From the NCBI RefSeq assembly GCF_004010195.1, contig NC_057755.1:2673804-2737803 (forward strand): a stretch of 64,000 bases of DNA, read 5' to 3'. The position numbers and the translations under genes are program-made. The stretch's first letter is position 1. Each line of letters begins with the position of its first letter. The notes under the pieces are model-generated. The model had not been told where the DNA came from, searched no databases, and worked only from the letters and a program-made list of their open reading frames with translations. Shown piece after piece: positions 12,796-23,934 of this stretch. This stretch comes from Chiloscyllium plagiosum (taxonomy: Eukaryota).

Positions 12796-13164
12796 ACTCC
12801 TTTTTTTAATTTTTCTTTCCCCCCCCCCCCCCACTACTGCCTAACTGCGGTAGTGTTTATTTTTCCCCAGCACCAATATGTGTTGGCAGGTGTGAGACAC
12901 AGTAAAAAACACCATGTGCAAGACTCTTTAGTCAGTTTCCACAACCAGGAAGAAAGGAAACACCCGAGTGGCCTGTGACAAGCAGTGCCCTTCTCTGTCA
13001 GCCGGGGCTGCCTGATTGGACCAGATTAACAGTCCCAATCAGGGAAGTCACTTTCTATGACCTCGTTGTAATCACTGCAGATAGCAAATGTATTAAACGC
13101 TCTACCTGTCTGACAGAATTAAACTCCAATTGCTAATATTCTCTGGCAGAGAGTGTATTAAACG

Positions 13165-13670
13165 GAGTTTTTGTAATTGGAGTTGGAGACTGCTGTGTTT
13201 TGTGTGGTAAGAGGTCCCTGCATTTTGTGGGGTTACCCGCCCCTGTAGTAATTGGGGTTCGAGGCCCCTGTAGTAATTGTGGTTGGAGGGCCCTGAAGTA
13301 ATTGAGGTTAGAGTGCCCTGTAGTAATTGGGGTTAGAGACCCCTGTGATTTGAGGGTGTAATGGCTATTGTGCTTTGTGGGGTTAGAGGTTCCTGTAATA
13401 ATTGGGGTTATAGCCTCTTCGTATTTGGGGTTAGAGGCCCCTTAATTAATTGGTGTTAGAGGCCCCTGTATTAATTTGGGTTAGAGGAACCTGTGATTTG
13501 TGGGGTTAGAGACCCCTGTCGTAATTTTGGTTAGAAACCCCTGTAGTAATTGGGGTTAGAGTCCCCTGTAGTAATTGGAGTTAGAATCCCCTGCAGTAAT
13601 TGGGTTATAAGTCCCTGTGGTTAGTGGGGTTAGAGGCCCTTGTAGTATTTGGGGTTCGAGTCCCCTGTAG
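13165..13670 (-). repeat. Inverted copy of the 25-bp minisatellite
   Basis: TGTAGTAATTGGGGTTAGAGGCCCC units. Same satellite/unique junction (13650-13700) as 4681-4720. Confidence 0.93.
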
Positions 13671-13952
13671 ACCATCAGTTTTGTGAAGATTTAAAGTAGT
13701 TAGGATAAATATGGATGCGACCATAGATAAGTTGGAAGACAAATGTCCCCTAACAGATGTAGTAAGTCTGAATCCTAATTATGAAAACCTATTGAGGAGA
13801 ATATAGAACGCAGATCCTCAACAGGGGCAGCTTCCTTACCTCATCAGGAGCGTCTATCCTCAATGCTGCCTATGTTGCTTAATCTCCTCAGTGTTTGTCA
13901 ACTTCCCTCTCTATTGGCAATTATCAAATATTCTGCTCACTTCTCTGATGCT

Positions 13953-14990
13953 GGACTGGCCTCGAGGAGGTACACATGATTGAAGTCTACTCATTAAAAT
14001 TGAACAAGGGATTTGGGAAAATAAAAAGTAAAGTGAGCAGAAAAAAGCCAAATCAGCGTGGAAAAGGGTGACTAGGGAAAAATGGGATAAATCCATGCAA
14101 CCATCATAGAGACAAAACAGGGAATTAGTCCACTAACTGAGGAAGGAACTGAACTAGATTGGACAGAACTAAAACGCAGATGTGAAGCACATGATTTAGA
14201 AGCAAAATTCGAGTTGGCTCGGGAGAAAATAGAAAAAAAGGAAAGTCAAGATTTACAGCCGAAGCTGAAACGCCAGGGGACCCGAGGAAAAGGGAACCGG
14301 AGAATAACCAACAGGCTGCAACCGTGCAGGACTTGTTCCTTATACAACAATCCCCCCCCCCCCACACCCCACCCCTCTCCCCCTCCCCCCCNNNNNNNNN
14401 NNNNNNNNNNNNNNNNNNNNNNNNNNNNNNNNNNNNNNNNNNNNNNTTTATCCCTCCCGTCCTGTCAGCCGACCTCCTCCAGTTCCTCGCCGTGTAGTTC
14501 CTCGAAGCTCACTCACAGTAATGGCCAAGGCGAACACGCTTCATCAAACAAAACGTCGCCTGAAACCCTCCTCCCTACTCTGAGGACCAACGTGCCAAGG
14601 CCGATGCTCTTCCCCCAGTGAATCATATGTCCCTGTATATTAGGAGTGTTACAATTGCACTGATAAGTGAACTTTAGGCCATTGATTTTGATCAAATCTA
14701 ACTACTGCTTTTATAACCAGTTTGTACACTTTAATCAGACAGTGAACGGAAATGATGTACGGCTGAAAGAATCAAAACCTTGCTAGTTTTTCAAAAGAAT
14801 AGTATTTCAGTTCGACATTAGAACAATCAGGAATGCAAGTTAAATTCAAACCAATACAATGTAAAATTCCAATTAGAAGGATTAGGCCATTGTACAGGCT
14901 GACAATTAAAACTCTGCCTAATTAGTATTCACAGCCTGTGACATTCTATTGGGACCACATTTAATTAATTCAAGATGAAACTACACATGG
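13953..14990 (+). pseudogene. Putative ERV gag (matrix/Pro-rich) and protease remnants, right arm only
   Basis: DWPRGGT (WPxxGT-like matrix motif) at ~13954, basic helix, poly-Pro, then a CDILLG protease-like end near 14940. Heavily decayed. Confidence 0.5.
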
Positions 14991-15899
14991 CGTCTGCATG
15001 ATTATTTTAAAACTGCACCCAGATTCGTCCCGCCATCATACTATGGTAATGGCTGCCTGTAAGATAACTTCACATAAAAATGTAGAAGTCTATATCGCCC
15101 ATTCTGCGGTATCCTTGCTTACCTCTAAACGTACTCAACACCTTACTGTGGTTCGTCTGAGATTTCATTGCTTCAGAAACGGCTTCTCTCCTTTAAATAC
15201 TGCTCTAACATTAATCCCGCTACATTGTGCAGGAAGAAGCTCTTGAACTGCATGATCGTCCCCATGATTTTTATCTATACTGATTCCCACGATGCTTTTG
15301 GTTGTGCCCATTATTTTTGTTAAGTCTGGCAGCAGCGTGGCTTCCTTACCTCATCTGGAACCCGTATCCACAATGCTGCCTGTGTTGCTAATCTCCTCAG
15401 TGCCATTCAACTTCCCTCTCAATTGGTAATTTTGAAAAGTGTTGCTCATTCCTCTGATACTTCAGTTGTCACTGAAGGAACAACGCCGCTGATGCAGCTG
15501 CTAAGAAAGCAACTCTGCTGCAAAAAAAAGGTTAATCGAATGATTAATAGGAAACAAAAGGGAGACTCTCCTATTTCCTCTTCTGACACCCTAACCAAGT
15601 CTGACCTAGAACAAATACGGACCCATCAGGGGGACGCACATGATGAGGAAAGGCATAGATGGATGAACCGTGGTTGTTATGCAATAGTTGGGTTATGCCA
15701 GTAGGACAGACATGTTTGCCCGATTCACTTCTGCCTATTCTAGTTGATTATGTTCACGCACATACACATGTAGGTAAGGAGGGAATGGTTTACAGAATTC
15801 TTCAAACTTGGTGGAATCCCCACCTGCAAGAAAAAAGCAAAACACGGAGCTGCAAATTCCATAATTTGTCAAAAGCAAAATCCCGGAAAAGGAGTAAAG

Positions 15900-16042
15900 T
15901 GTTGTTAAGACGGACCCGCGGGGTCCCGTCTTTGCGTGTTCTTTCGGAAGGAGAGACTCACACTGGCAACTATGGTTAGACGCAGACAGCAGTTTATTCA
16001 CAGAATCTTAACTGGTACAACGAATCTACAAGCATGCATTTG
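15900..16042 (-). mobile_element. Foreign LTR-like 3' end replacing the integrase core
   Basis: No counterpart in the left arm. Minus strand has AATAAA and ends ...CTTAACAACA. Confidence 0.5.
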
Positions 16043-16458
16043 GGAGAAGAAACGGGCCTTAATTGGCTGTAAGTTCTCCAAATTGCCCTTTTTAATATGA
16101 GATCTCTGGCACAGAAAAAGACGGGATTCTCGGCAGCAGAAGTGATACATGGAAAGCCCCTGAGAACTCCCTTGTCTGCACCATTAACTGCCCAACACCT
16201 TGTTGATGTGTATGTCATGGTAGAAGAGATGCACAGATACCTGATTAAGCTAACCAAAGCATTGCAGTCTTATCATCAACAGGTCAAAGAAGCCTATCAA
16301 ATACCAGGGAAGGAAGAATAGATAGCTCTAACATTTAAAGACATTAACCCCGGTGACTACTTACTATTGAAAGACTGAAGTCATGAAAAATTAGGCCCCC
16401 ACTGGAAAAGTTCTTCTCACAATTTAAAATGCACTAAAGGTAGAAGGACATTCAACAT

Positions 16459-16730
16459 TAGATTACTTACAGTGTGGAAACAGGCCCTTCGGCCCAACAA
16501 GTCCACACCAAACCTCCGAAGAGTAACTCACGCAGACCATTTCTCTCTTCAGGTAACTCTACGGGAAATTCAGCATGGCCAATTCACCGAACCTGCACAT
16601 TTTTGGACTGTGGGAGGAAACCCACACAGACACGGGGAAAATGTGTAAACTCCACGCAAACAGTTGAGGTGAGAATTGAACTTGGGTTTCTGGCACTATG
16701 AGGCAACAGTGCTAACCACCGTGCCGCCCA
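16459..16730 (-). mobile_element. tRNA-derived SINE inserted at the pol/env junction of the right arm
   Basis: Head GGGCGGCACGGTGGTTAGCACTG and TAATCT tail on minus strand. Empty site in left arm at ~3170. Confidence 0.85.
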
Positions 16731-16741
16731 CGCGTCTACAA

Positions 16742-18457
16742 GTTACATTGCAAGCTTGTATCACCTTTACAGTCTTAGTATTAGTACTGATACAGGCATC
16801 CAATGAAAACCCAACCCACGTACATGCGCCCAAATGTAACCAACCCATCTGTGAAACCTCAGACCGGCGAGAACCCCAATGTGACTGTATAAATGAAACC
16901 TGTACCAATGCCATTGGAAGTCATAAATGCAGCTGCCCAGCTGAAACTCATTTAAACTACTCACACTGTGTATCCAAACATCACTCTTGACCTTATTGTC
17001 ATCCTCGCAACACTTCTATGCCAGTCATCATGAGATGGCACAATTCCATAACCTCATCCGCTTTGTCAACCGAAAACTGTTACTTTGAAATACTTGTCTG
17101 TTCCCCTCTCAAAATGAACTGTTCAGATTGTAGTATTGAGCACATAGTACTGAAATCACCAGTCCCAAAGGCACCTATTGCCACGAGACTGTATCTTTTC
17201 GACGGAATCCCCTCCTATCTGACCAACCGCCACTGACAGAAATACCTTCACATGTTTCCTGTATTCTGTAGCTGCTGTAATGAATAAGACAAGCTGGAAA
17301 GATGAAGATAGACCAAAAGTACTCTGCACTGCCAATTCTCCTTCTGTTACTAATAGTTTCTTTATTCAACCTAAACACCTGATCTATGTGTTATCTGCCC
17401 ACTCTTCCATCATTCTGATGTACAGTGTATAAATAGGACTCACAAACTTATGCAATCCCTCATTTGTGATGGAAAAACCTATACCGTTTAATACACTTGT
17501 ACAATCAGGCGTTTGAGAGCACCAACTTTTACAAGATTCAGCTCTCGCTCTGAGTGGACTCATCATTCATTCACAGAAGTGCACCCTTGGAACTCCTTTT
17601 TGCCTTCATTGAGCATGCAAAAACAAAGCCTACCTATATTTACCCAATCACTGGCATGGACATTTTACTCTCGTATACACACGGTACCACTTTTCACCCT
17701 CCACCGTGAAGTACCTGAAGTAGATGATGAATGCAATGCCCACCAATATGTGAATCAGTGCGGAACAAAAGGTAGAGGAAATACAAAACGGGACTTACAC
17801 AACTTCTACCTTCAACAAATCTGGTGGTCCAGGTTGCTGGGAGGTCTTATTCCTGGCTCGGGTGGTGAGATGGCCCTAGATCAGACCTTGCGTATGACAT
17901 TGAAAGATTTGCCAACTCAACTGCACACGCTCTGAAGCTGGTGAAGAAAGAGTTACAGGAGACCCGGAATGATGATGCTTCAGAATCGGCTCGTGCTAGA
18001 TTCCCTCCTTGCTAAAGAAGGAAGCGCTTGTTCAGTTATTTGTCCGTAGTGTTGCACCTGCACTAATGATTTCTCAAAAGATATTCTGGACGACACAGAT
18101 GTTATCAACAAAACGGGTCACGACGCAAGGAAGATACCTGCCGCACCGTCATCCGATCCATGGGGATGGAGTGCTACCTGCTGGCTATGGTAGCTGTGTG
18201 AATGGATCATGTGGGACATACTGATAGTCCTTGATCTCATCCGAGGAACATACATTGTCATCCGCTTATGCATGAAATGGATCGTACAACGCTTTTCACC
18301 TAAGCCAAAGAAGAATCTGGTTAATCAAACCTTGTCTACCCATGTACCTCCATGCCCGAACTCCCATGCTGAAATCCAGTATCTTTCAGACTCTGCTCCT
18401 ATGGATGATGACTCGCCAGGGAATGCACTTGACTTATTGAGAATACAAATCAACTAA
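16742..18457 (+). pseudogene. env: Endogenous retrovirus env, right copy (disrupted)
   Basis: ITFTVLVLVLIQA signal peptide, EGF-like Cys motif, basic cleavage-like RGNTKR|DL, WWSRLLGGLIPG, LQNRLVLDSLLAKEG, TM, and tail ending LLRIQIN*. Stops and frameshifts. Confidence 0.92.
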
Positions 18458-18516
18458 ATGGACTAATTACATTTGTACAAGCTATGTAATTGTCATGAAA
18501 TGACAAAAGGAGGGAA

Positions 18517-18718
18517 CGAGAAAGTCTATAGCCTTAAAACTTGTCCTTAAACATTTAGACTAAAATATAATGTTGAATGATAAAACACATATGCTGCACA
18601 TTAGAAAACAGACAGGTAGGGAAGATAAGGAAATTAAGAACATTTGCTTTAATCCAGTCAGTTTAGCTTCTAGGTATCAGTGTTATGTTGTAATGGTGAT
18701 GCTATAAGTAATTAAAGG
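18517..18718 (+). mobile_element. ERV 3' LTR start (right arm) after PPT 18505-18516
   Basis: AAAAGGAGGGAA PPT. Truncated where left-arm 296-900 is missing. Confidence 0.65.
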
Positions 18719-18869
18719 AAGCCAAAGAGCCTGTACTGCGCTGTAATCTTCTATGTCCTATGCTCTATGAAAACGTCATCAGTATATTCTTAATTTCAAG
18801 CATATATTCAGGACAGATTCCGCAATCTGCTAGAGCAGGAATTTAGTCTGAAGGTCTGGATTAATCTTG

Positions 18870-20020
18870 AATTTCCTCCAAACCCAAGACCCCTACCCCA
18901 CTACCTCCATGACCTCTCACCCTAGCTACACGCCTCCATATCTCTGTAACCTCCTCCAGCCCCTACACCTCTCCCCTCCCATCGGCATGATCTCTGACCC
19001 CAGCTACATCCCTCCCTATCTCTGTAACCTTCTCCAACCCATACACCTCCTCCCAGTCCCTGCAACTCTCTATTTCTGTATAATCTTGTCACAATCTCCA
19101 GCCCAACATGCATCTTATCTCTTCCACCTCCTTCACTAAAGTCAAACCGAGCTGATCTTGTTAATATTGATTTTGCTTCATGCATCCCTTGTGCAATGTA
19201 AACTTTGTGCTTCACTTTATCAAAGCACCCTATGGTCTGTATGCCCTTGCTTCTTATGATCTAATTGTACTGCTCACAAACAAAGCTTTTCACTGTCCTT
19301 AGGTACACCTGACTATAATAAATCAAATCAAATATTCCAGCCACAATGCATCTCCCTATCTCTGTATCCATTGTGAGCACATACACTCACCCTATCTTTA
19401 TCACTTCCTCGAGCACCTACATCCTTCCCTTTTTCCATAGCTTCTTCCAGCATTTACATCTCTCTCTATCTCTGGAACCTCTATATTTACCGATCTCTAT
19501 AAAATTCTCCAGCAACTCCATCCCTCCTTATATATAGAACCACTTCCATCATCTACATCATTCCTTATCTCTGAGGTATACTCCATCCTCCACGCCACTT
19601 CCTATCTTCATCACCTCCTCCATTGCATACACACCTTCCTGTCACTTTAATCGTCCCCACCCCAAGAGCGTCTCTAATTCTGTAATTTCATCCAGCACCA
19701 ATGTCCATCTGTGTAACCTCCTCCAGCATCAATAAATGCCATTATCTCTGAAAACTCCTCCAGCTCTCACACATCTTCCAATCGCTGCCATCTCCTCCAG
19801 ATACTCCTGACCTCTATATCTCGGCAAACTCCTCCCATCCCTGCCACTCCCAGCATATCTGGAAATTCTTCCATCCCCTACATCAGTCCATATTAATGTT
19901 ATATCCTCGATTCCCGCAACTCTCCCTATCACTGTGTCATCTTCCAGCCTGTATACCATTCCTTATCGCTGTAACTTCTTACAGCAACTACATCATTTCC
20001 GGTCTCTGTATCATCCTCCA
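18870..20020 (+). repeat. Degenerate pyrimidine-rich tandem repeat (core CCCTATCTCTGTAACCTCCTCCAGC), interrupted by a LINE 3' end with (AAATC)n tail at ~19200-19333
   Basis: Core recurs many times. Its reverse complement forms positions 1-150. Confidence 0.75.
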
Positions 20021-20021
20021 A

Positions 20022-20662
20022 TGATGCAGGAATTGGCAAGGTAAGAGGAGGAAATTTACATTTTGGATTAAAATTTCTGACCCATGTTAAAAATCAGTTC
20101 TGGATAATTTTCAAGTTTTAATAAGCTCTGTGGGATATAGATAAAGCAGTGTTACTTCTGCAACCATAATTGCTTATGCAAGGTGAATTAACTAACCGAC
20201 ACCAGTGTATAATTCTTTCAGCAAAGAGCTGAGTTAGCTAAAATGTGCATGCAAGAATGGAATGTGCTTGCAAACAATGGAAGATGTTACGGACAAATAG
20301 ATAAGTTGAAAAAGAACATCAAGATATTCCAAGCTCAGCAAATTTCCCTCCTGTCAGCACTGAAGCCAGACAAGTCACTTACAGGGCGAGGGTCGCCCGG
20401 CCTGGAGTCGGGGGAGAAGTAAGCAAGGGATGAGCGCAGCTGGGCAGGTGCAGAATACAATAAGGAAACGTGATAGGTTTGAAGGCCAATTAGGTAAACG
20501 GGGAAGTACCGAGAATTAAACTGTATAAATTGTGGAGTAATTTCTAGATCGGGGTGGCTACTTGCTAGTCATCCCTTCTTGCAAGAGCGTTTCAATAAAA
20601 TTCGCTGCTTCAGAATTTGACTCGGACTGAAATTTATTATATTGTGAGCTCTGTTTCTAACA
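20022..20662 (+). mobile_element. Probable solo LTR
   Basis: TG...CA ends, TATAAA 20524-20529, AATAAA 20594-20599. Interrupts the CT-rich repeat. No clear TSD. Confidence 0.55.
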
Positions 20663-21895
20663 AACTCTAAATGCCGTTTTCATAAACTCTGGAGCATTAA
20701 TTCCCATTCCCCCTCCAACCTCAGTTAGTGCAAGAGGAAAAAAATTAGATTAAAATTTCAAACCTCACTATCTTCTGCCTGATCACCTCCCTGATGGTCT
20801 TTTCACAGCGTTGTGTTGTGTAAAGTGAATCTGCTTTGATCCTCTCTCTGATCACACTCACTCCCAGACAGATCAGCCTGAGACACAGTCAGTGCAGTGA
20901 CCTTGCCTTCCCTGGACTTCCTCATGCAGCCTCATGCCTCAGACAAAGCCAGGTTACAAACCAACTGTGATGTCAGGTATCTCTCTGTGATGTAAACGGT
21001 GAGGTCACACTGACACTGTGAGGTCACACTTTGACCTGTCCAGCACAAGGGACCTGACTGCGACCAAATAGAGGGATACTGAAACCTTCACTGTTATCAG
21101 GTTACAATATGTTCACATTCCAGAATGTACAAAGTCCTTCCAGACATAGACACTGTGGGATATAGGCAATGTACAGTATTGGGATTATCATCACCTTTTG
21201 TGCCTTCTCTTAGTAAGAGCATGGTTAGCCTTTTGCTCTGGGTAAATCGGTGACATCTGCACAGCAGCGAGAGGTGCGTGGAATGGCAACAGCCTCCTGA
21301 CAGTCTGAGGTGGTGGGTGTAACTCCTCCTCAGATGCGCAGGCTGACCAAGACTCCAGGCCATGGCTGGGCCCGTGTGCCTGCATTGGTGTTCCAAACAC
21401 ACTTATGGAGAAAACGCTTAAACTTTAATGTCTGGATGTTTTGCTTGCCTTTTGGCTTTCTATTATTTCTGCTGTTTGTTTTTAATTCTGGTTTTGTAAC
21501 CAAGGTTGTACCAGAGAATGGAGATTTTGTACATTTTTCAACGTAGTCATGTATTCCTATTCTTCAAGACACTTGACATTAAAGTCTAATCCTGGCTCTA
21601 ATTCTAGCACCAAAGCTCCAGGAAGTCAATTGTGTTAACTAAGTAGTTATATTATTGATAGTCATTTAACAAATATACTTAGTTTGTTTTATATGCTTCA
21701 CATTGAAAGGAAGAGTTGGCAATGACTTTAGATAATTCAGTAAGATAATATTTACAACTGGAAGCTGAGATTTTGAAATACTGACAGCGAGCCTATCTCC
21801 ACAGGTGATGGGAACTATTCTCAGACAGATATCCTTGAACCAGCTCTTGACCAAGATCTCATTCCCTATCTCCTTCAAATGAGTACTTTTGTTAT

Positions 21896-22310
21896 CACAG
21901 AATCTCTACAGTATGGAAACAGACCATTTGGCCCAACAAGTCGACACCATACTTGAAAAGAGTAACCCAACCAGATCCATTCCCCTCTTCTCTTACTCTA
22001 TATTTACTGACTAATGCCCCTAAGATGCACATCATTGGATTGTGGGATGAAACCGGAGCACCTCCAGGAAGCTCATACTTGAAAAGAGTAACCCAACCAG
22101 ATCCATTCCCCTCTTCTCTTACTCTATATTTACCTCTGACTAATGCCCCTAAGATGCACATCATTGGATTGTGGGATGAAACCGGAGCACCTTCAGGAAG
22201 CTCATGCAGACACGGGGACAATGTGCAAACTCCACATACACAGTTGCCTGAGGCTGGAATCAAACCGAGGGCCCTGGAACTGAGGCAGCAGCACTAATCA
22301 CTATACCACC
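21896..22310 (-). mobile_element. tRNA-derived SINE with internal ~126-bp tandem duplication
   Basis: SINE head at ~22255-22310. 21948-22073 is repeated at 22074-22202. Confidence 0.85.
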
Positions 22311-22589
22311 ATATCCTCACACTAACAGTAAGCAAACATTGCCGGTTTGAATGTAGAACTTCTCACTCTAGCAGGTCCTGTACTCCTCTGATTCTTGTGT
22401 TACCCAACAGAATCTTCAGAAATAACAATACTCTTCTCATCCAACTGCAGCTTCAGTGCTGGTTACAGAACGCACTCTCATTGCAATGACAATAAGCGAT
22501 TTGCTGCATTGTTGGAACAGGCATTATGCTTAATTCCTCTCAAGCACAAACACTGACCAATCTTAGATCATGAGAACTATACTTACATC

Positions 22590-23725
22590 TGAGACACAAG
22601 GTTTCAATGCCAGCCTAAGAGGTATAGTTAGTAAGTTTGCAGATGACACCATAATTGAAGGTGTCGTGGACAGCGAAGAAGTTTACCTCAGATTGCAACG
22701 GTATCTTGATCAGATGGGCCAATTAAACTGAGGAGTTTAATTTAGATAAGGTCCGAGGGAGTGTTGCTGAACAAACCGATCTTGGACTGTAGGTTCATAA
22801 CTCCTTGAATGTGGTGTCTCATGTAGATAGGATAGTGAAGAAGGCGTTTGATATGTTTTCCTTTATGGGTCAGAGTGTTGAGTATAGGAGTTGGGAGGTC
22901 ATGTTCCGGCTGTACAGGACATTGGTTAGGCCACTGTTGGAATATTGCGTGCAATTCTGGTCTTCTTCCTATTGGAAAGATGTTATAAACTTGAAAGAGT
23001 TCAGAAAAGATTTACAAGGAAATTGCCAGGGTTGGAGGATTTGAGCTATTGGGAGAGGCTGAACAGGCTGGGGCTGTTTTCCATGTATCATTGGAGGCTG
23101 AGGGGTGACCTTATAGATGTTTACAAAATTATGAGGGGTATGGATAGGCTAAATAGGCAAAGTCTTTTTTCCCTGTGGTGGGGAAATCTAGAACTAGAGG
23201 GCAGATGTTTAGGGTGAGAGGGGAAAGATATAAAAGAGATCTAAGGGGCAACTTTTTCACTCAGAGGGTGGTATGTATATGGAATGAGCTGCCAGATGAA
23301 GTGGTGGANNNNNNNNNNNNNNNNNNNNNNNNNNNNNNNNNNNNNNNNNNNNNNNNNNNNNNNNNNNNNNNNNNNNNNNNNNNNNNNNNNNNNNNNNNNN
23401 NNNNNNNNNNNNNNNNNNNNNNNNNNNNNNNNNNNNNNNNNNNNNNNNNNNNNNNNNNNNNNNNNNNNNNNNNNNNNNNNNNNNNNNNNNNNNNNNNNNN
23501 NNNNNNNNNNNNNNNNNNNNNNNNNNNNNNNNNNNNNNNNNNNNNNNNNNNNNNNNNNNNNNNNNNNNNNNNNNNNNNNNNNNNNNNNNNNNNNNNNNNN
23601 NNNNNNNNNNNNNNNNNNNNNNNNNNNNNNNNNNNNNNNNNNNNNNNNNNNNNNNNNNNNNNNNNNNNNNNNNNNNNNNNNNNNNNNNNNNNNCTGCTGT
23701 ACATTTCGATGACTGTATGACTCTA
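22590..23725 (+). mobile_element. CR1-type LINE 3' fragment (spans gap)
   Basis: SKFADDT, LEYCVQFWS, RLRGDLIDVYKIM, (ATGACT)-type tail. Confidence 0.9.
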
Positions 23726-23934
23726 TAACAGGAAAACTGACAGCACAAATGTTACCTAACCACCAACCAGCAGAGAGTTCACAGATGGAGACAAAAAACT
23801 GTACTAGTTGAGCAACAACAATGACAACCACATGGAGCCTTCCAATTTGCACCAGAATATACAGTCAGATCCAATAAACTAACTGAAGACACACAGCATG
23901 CGTTCAGAAAAATTGTACGCTTACTAACAAAGTA

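Larger units (their letters stand above)
14995..16780 (+). pseudogene. pol: ERV pol remnant, right copy (connection, RNase H, integrase lacking DDE core)
   Basis: VYIAHSAVSLL (connection), FLTSSG...VILKSVAH (RNase H), HAHTHVGKEGM...WWNP (IN zinc finger), KKTGFSAAEVIHGKPL. RT core not seen. Confidence 0.88.
1..19015. repeat. Large inverted segmental duplication (left arm ~1-10497, spacer ~10998-13160, right arm ~13165-19015)
   Basis: 1-295 is the reverse complement of 18721-19015, 901-4430 mirrors 15460-18718, and 4430-4720 mirrors 13650-13950. The satellite is inverted too. Hand count: ~13 differences in 90 bp of LTR. Confidence 0.9.

Noticed and set aside
16742..18457. Intact domesticated env (syncytin-like gene)
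   Set aside because: Both copies have multiple stops and frameshifts.
21097..21546. Short ORFs as host exons
   Set aside because: No recognisable domain or convincing splice signals.
10422..23852. Long ORFs at 10422-11012, 14214-14621 and 23175-23852
   Set aside because: They are artefacts of translating through N gaps.
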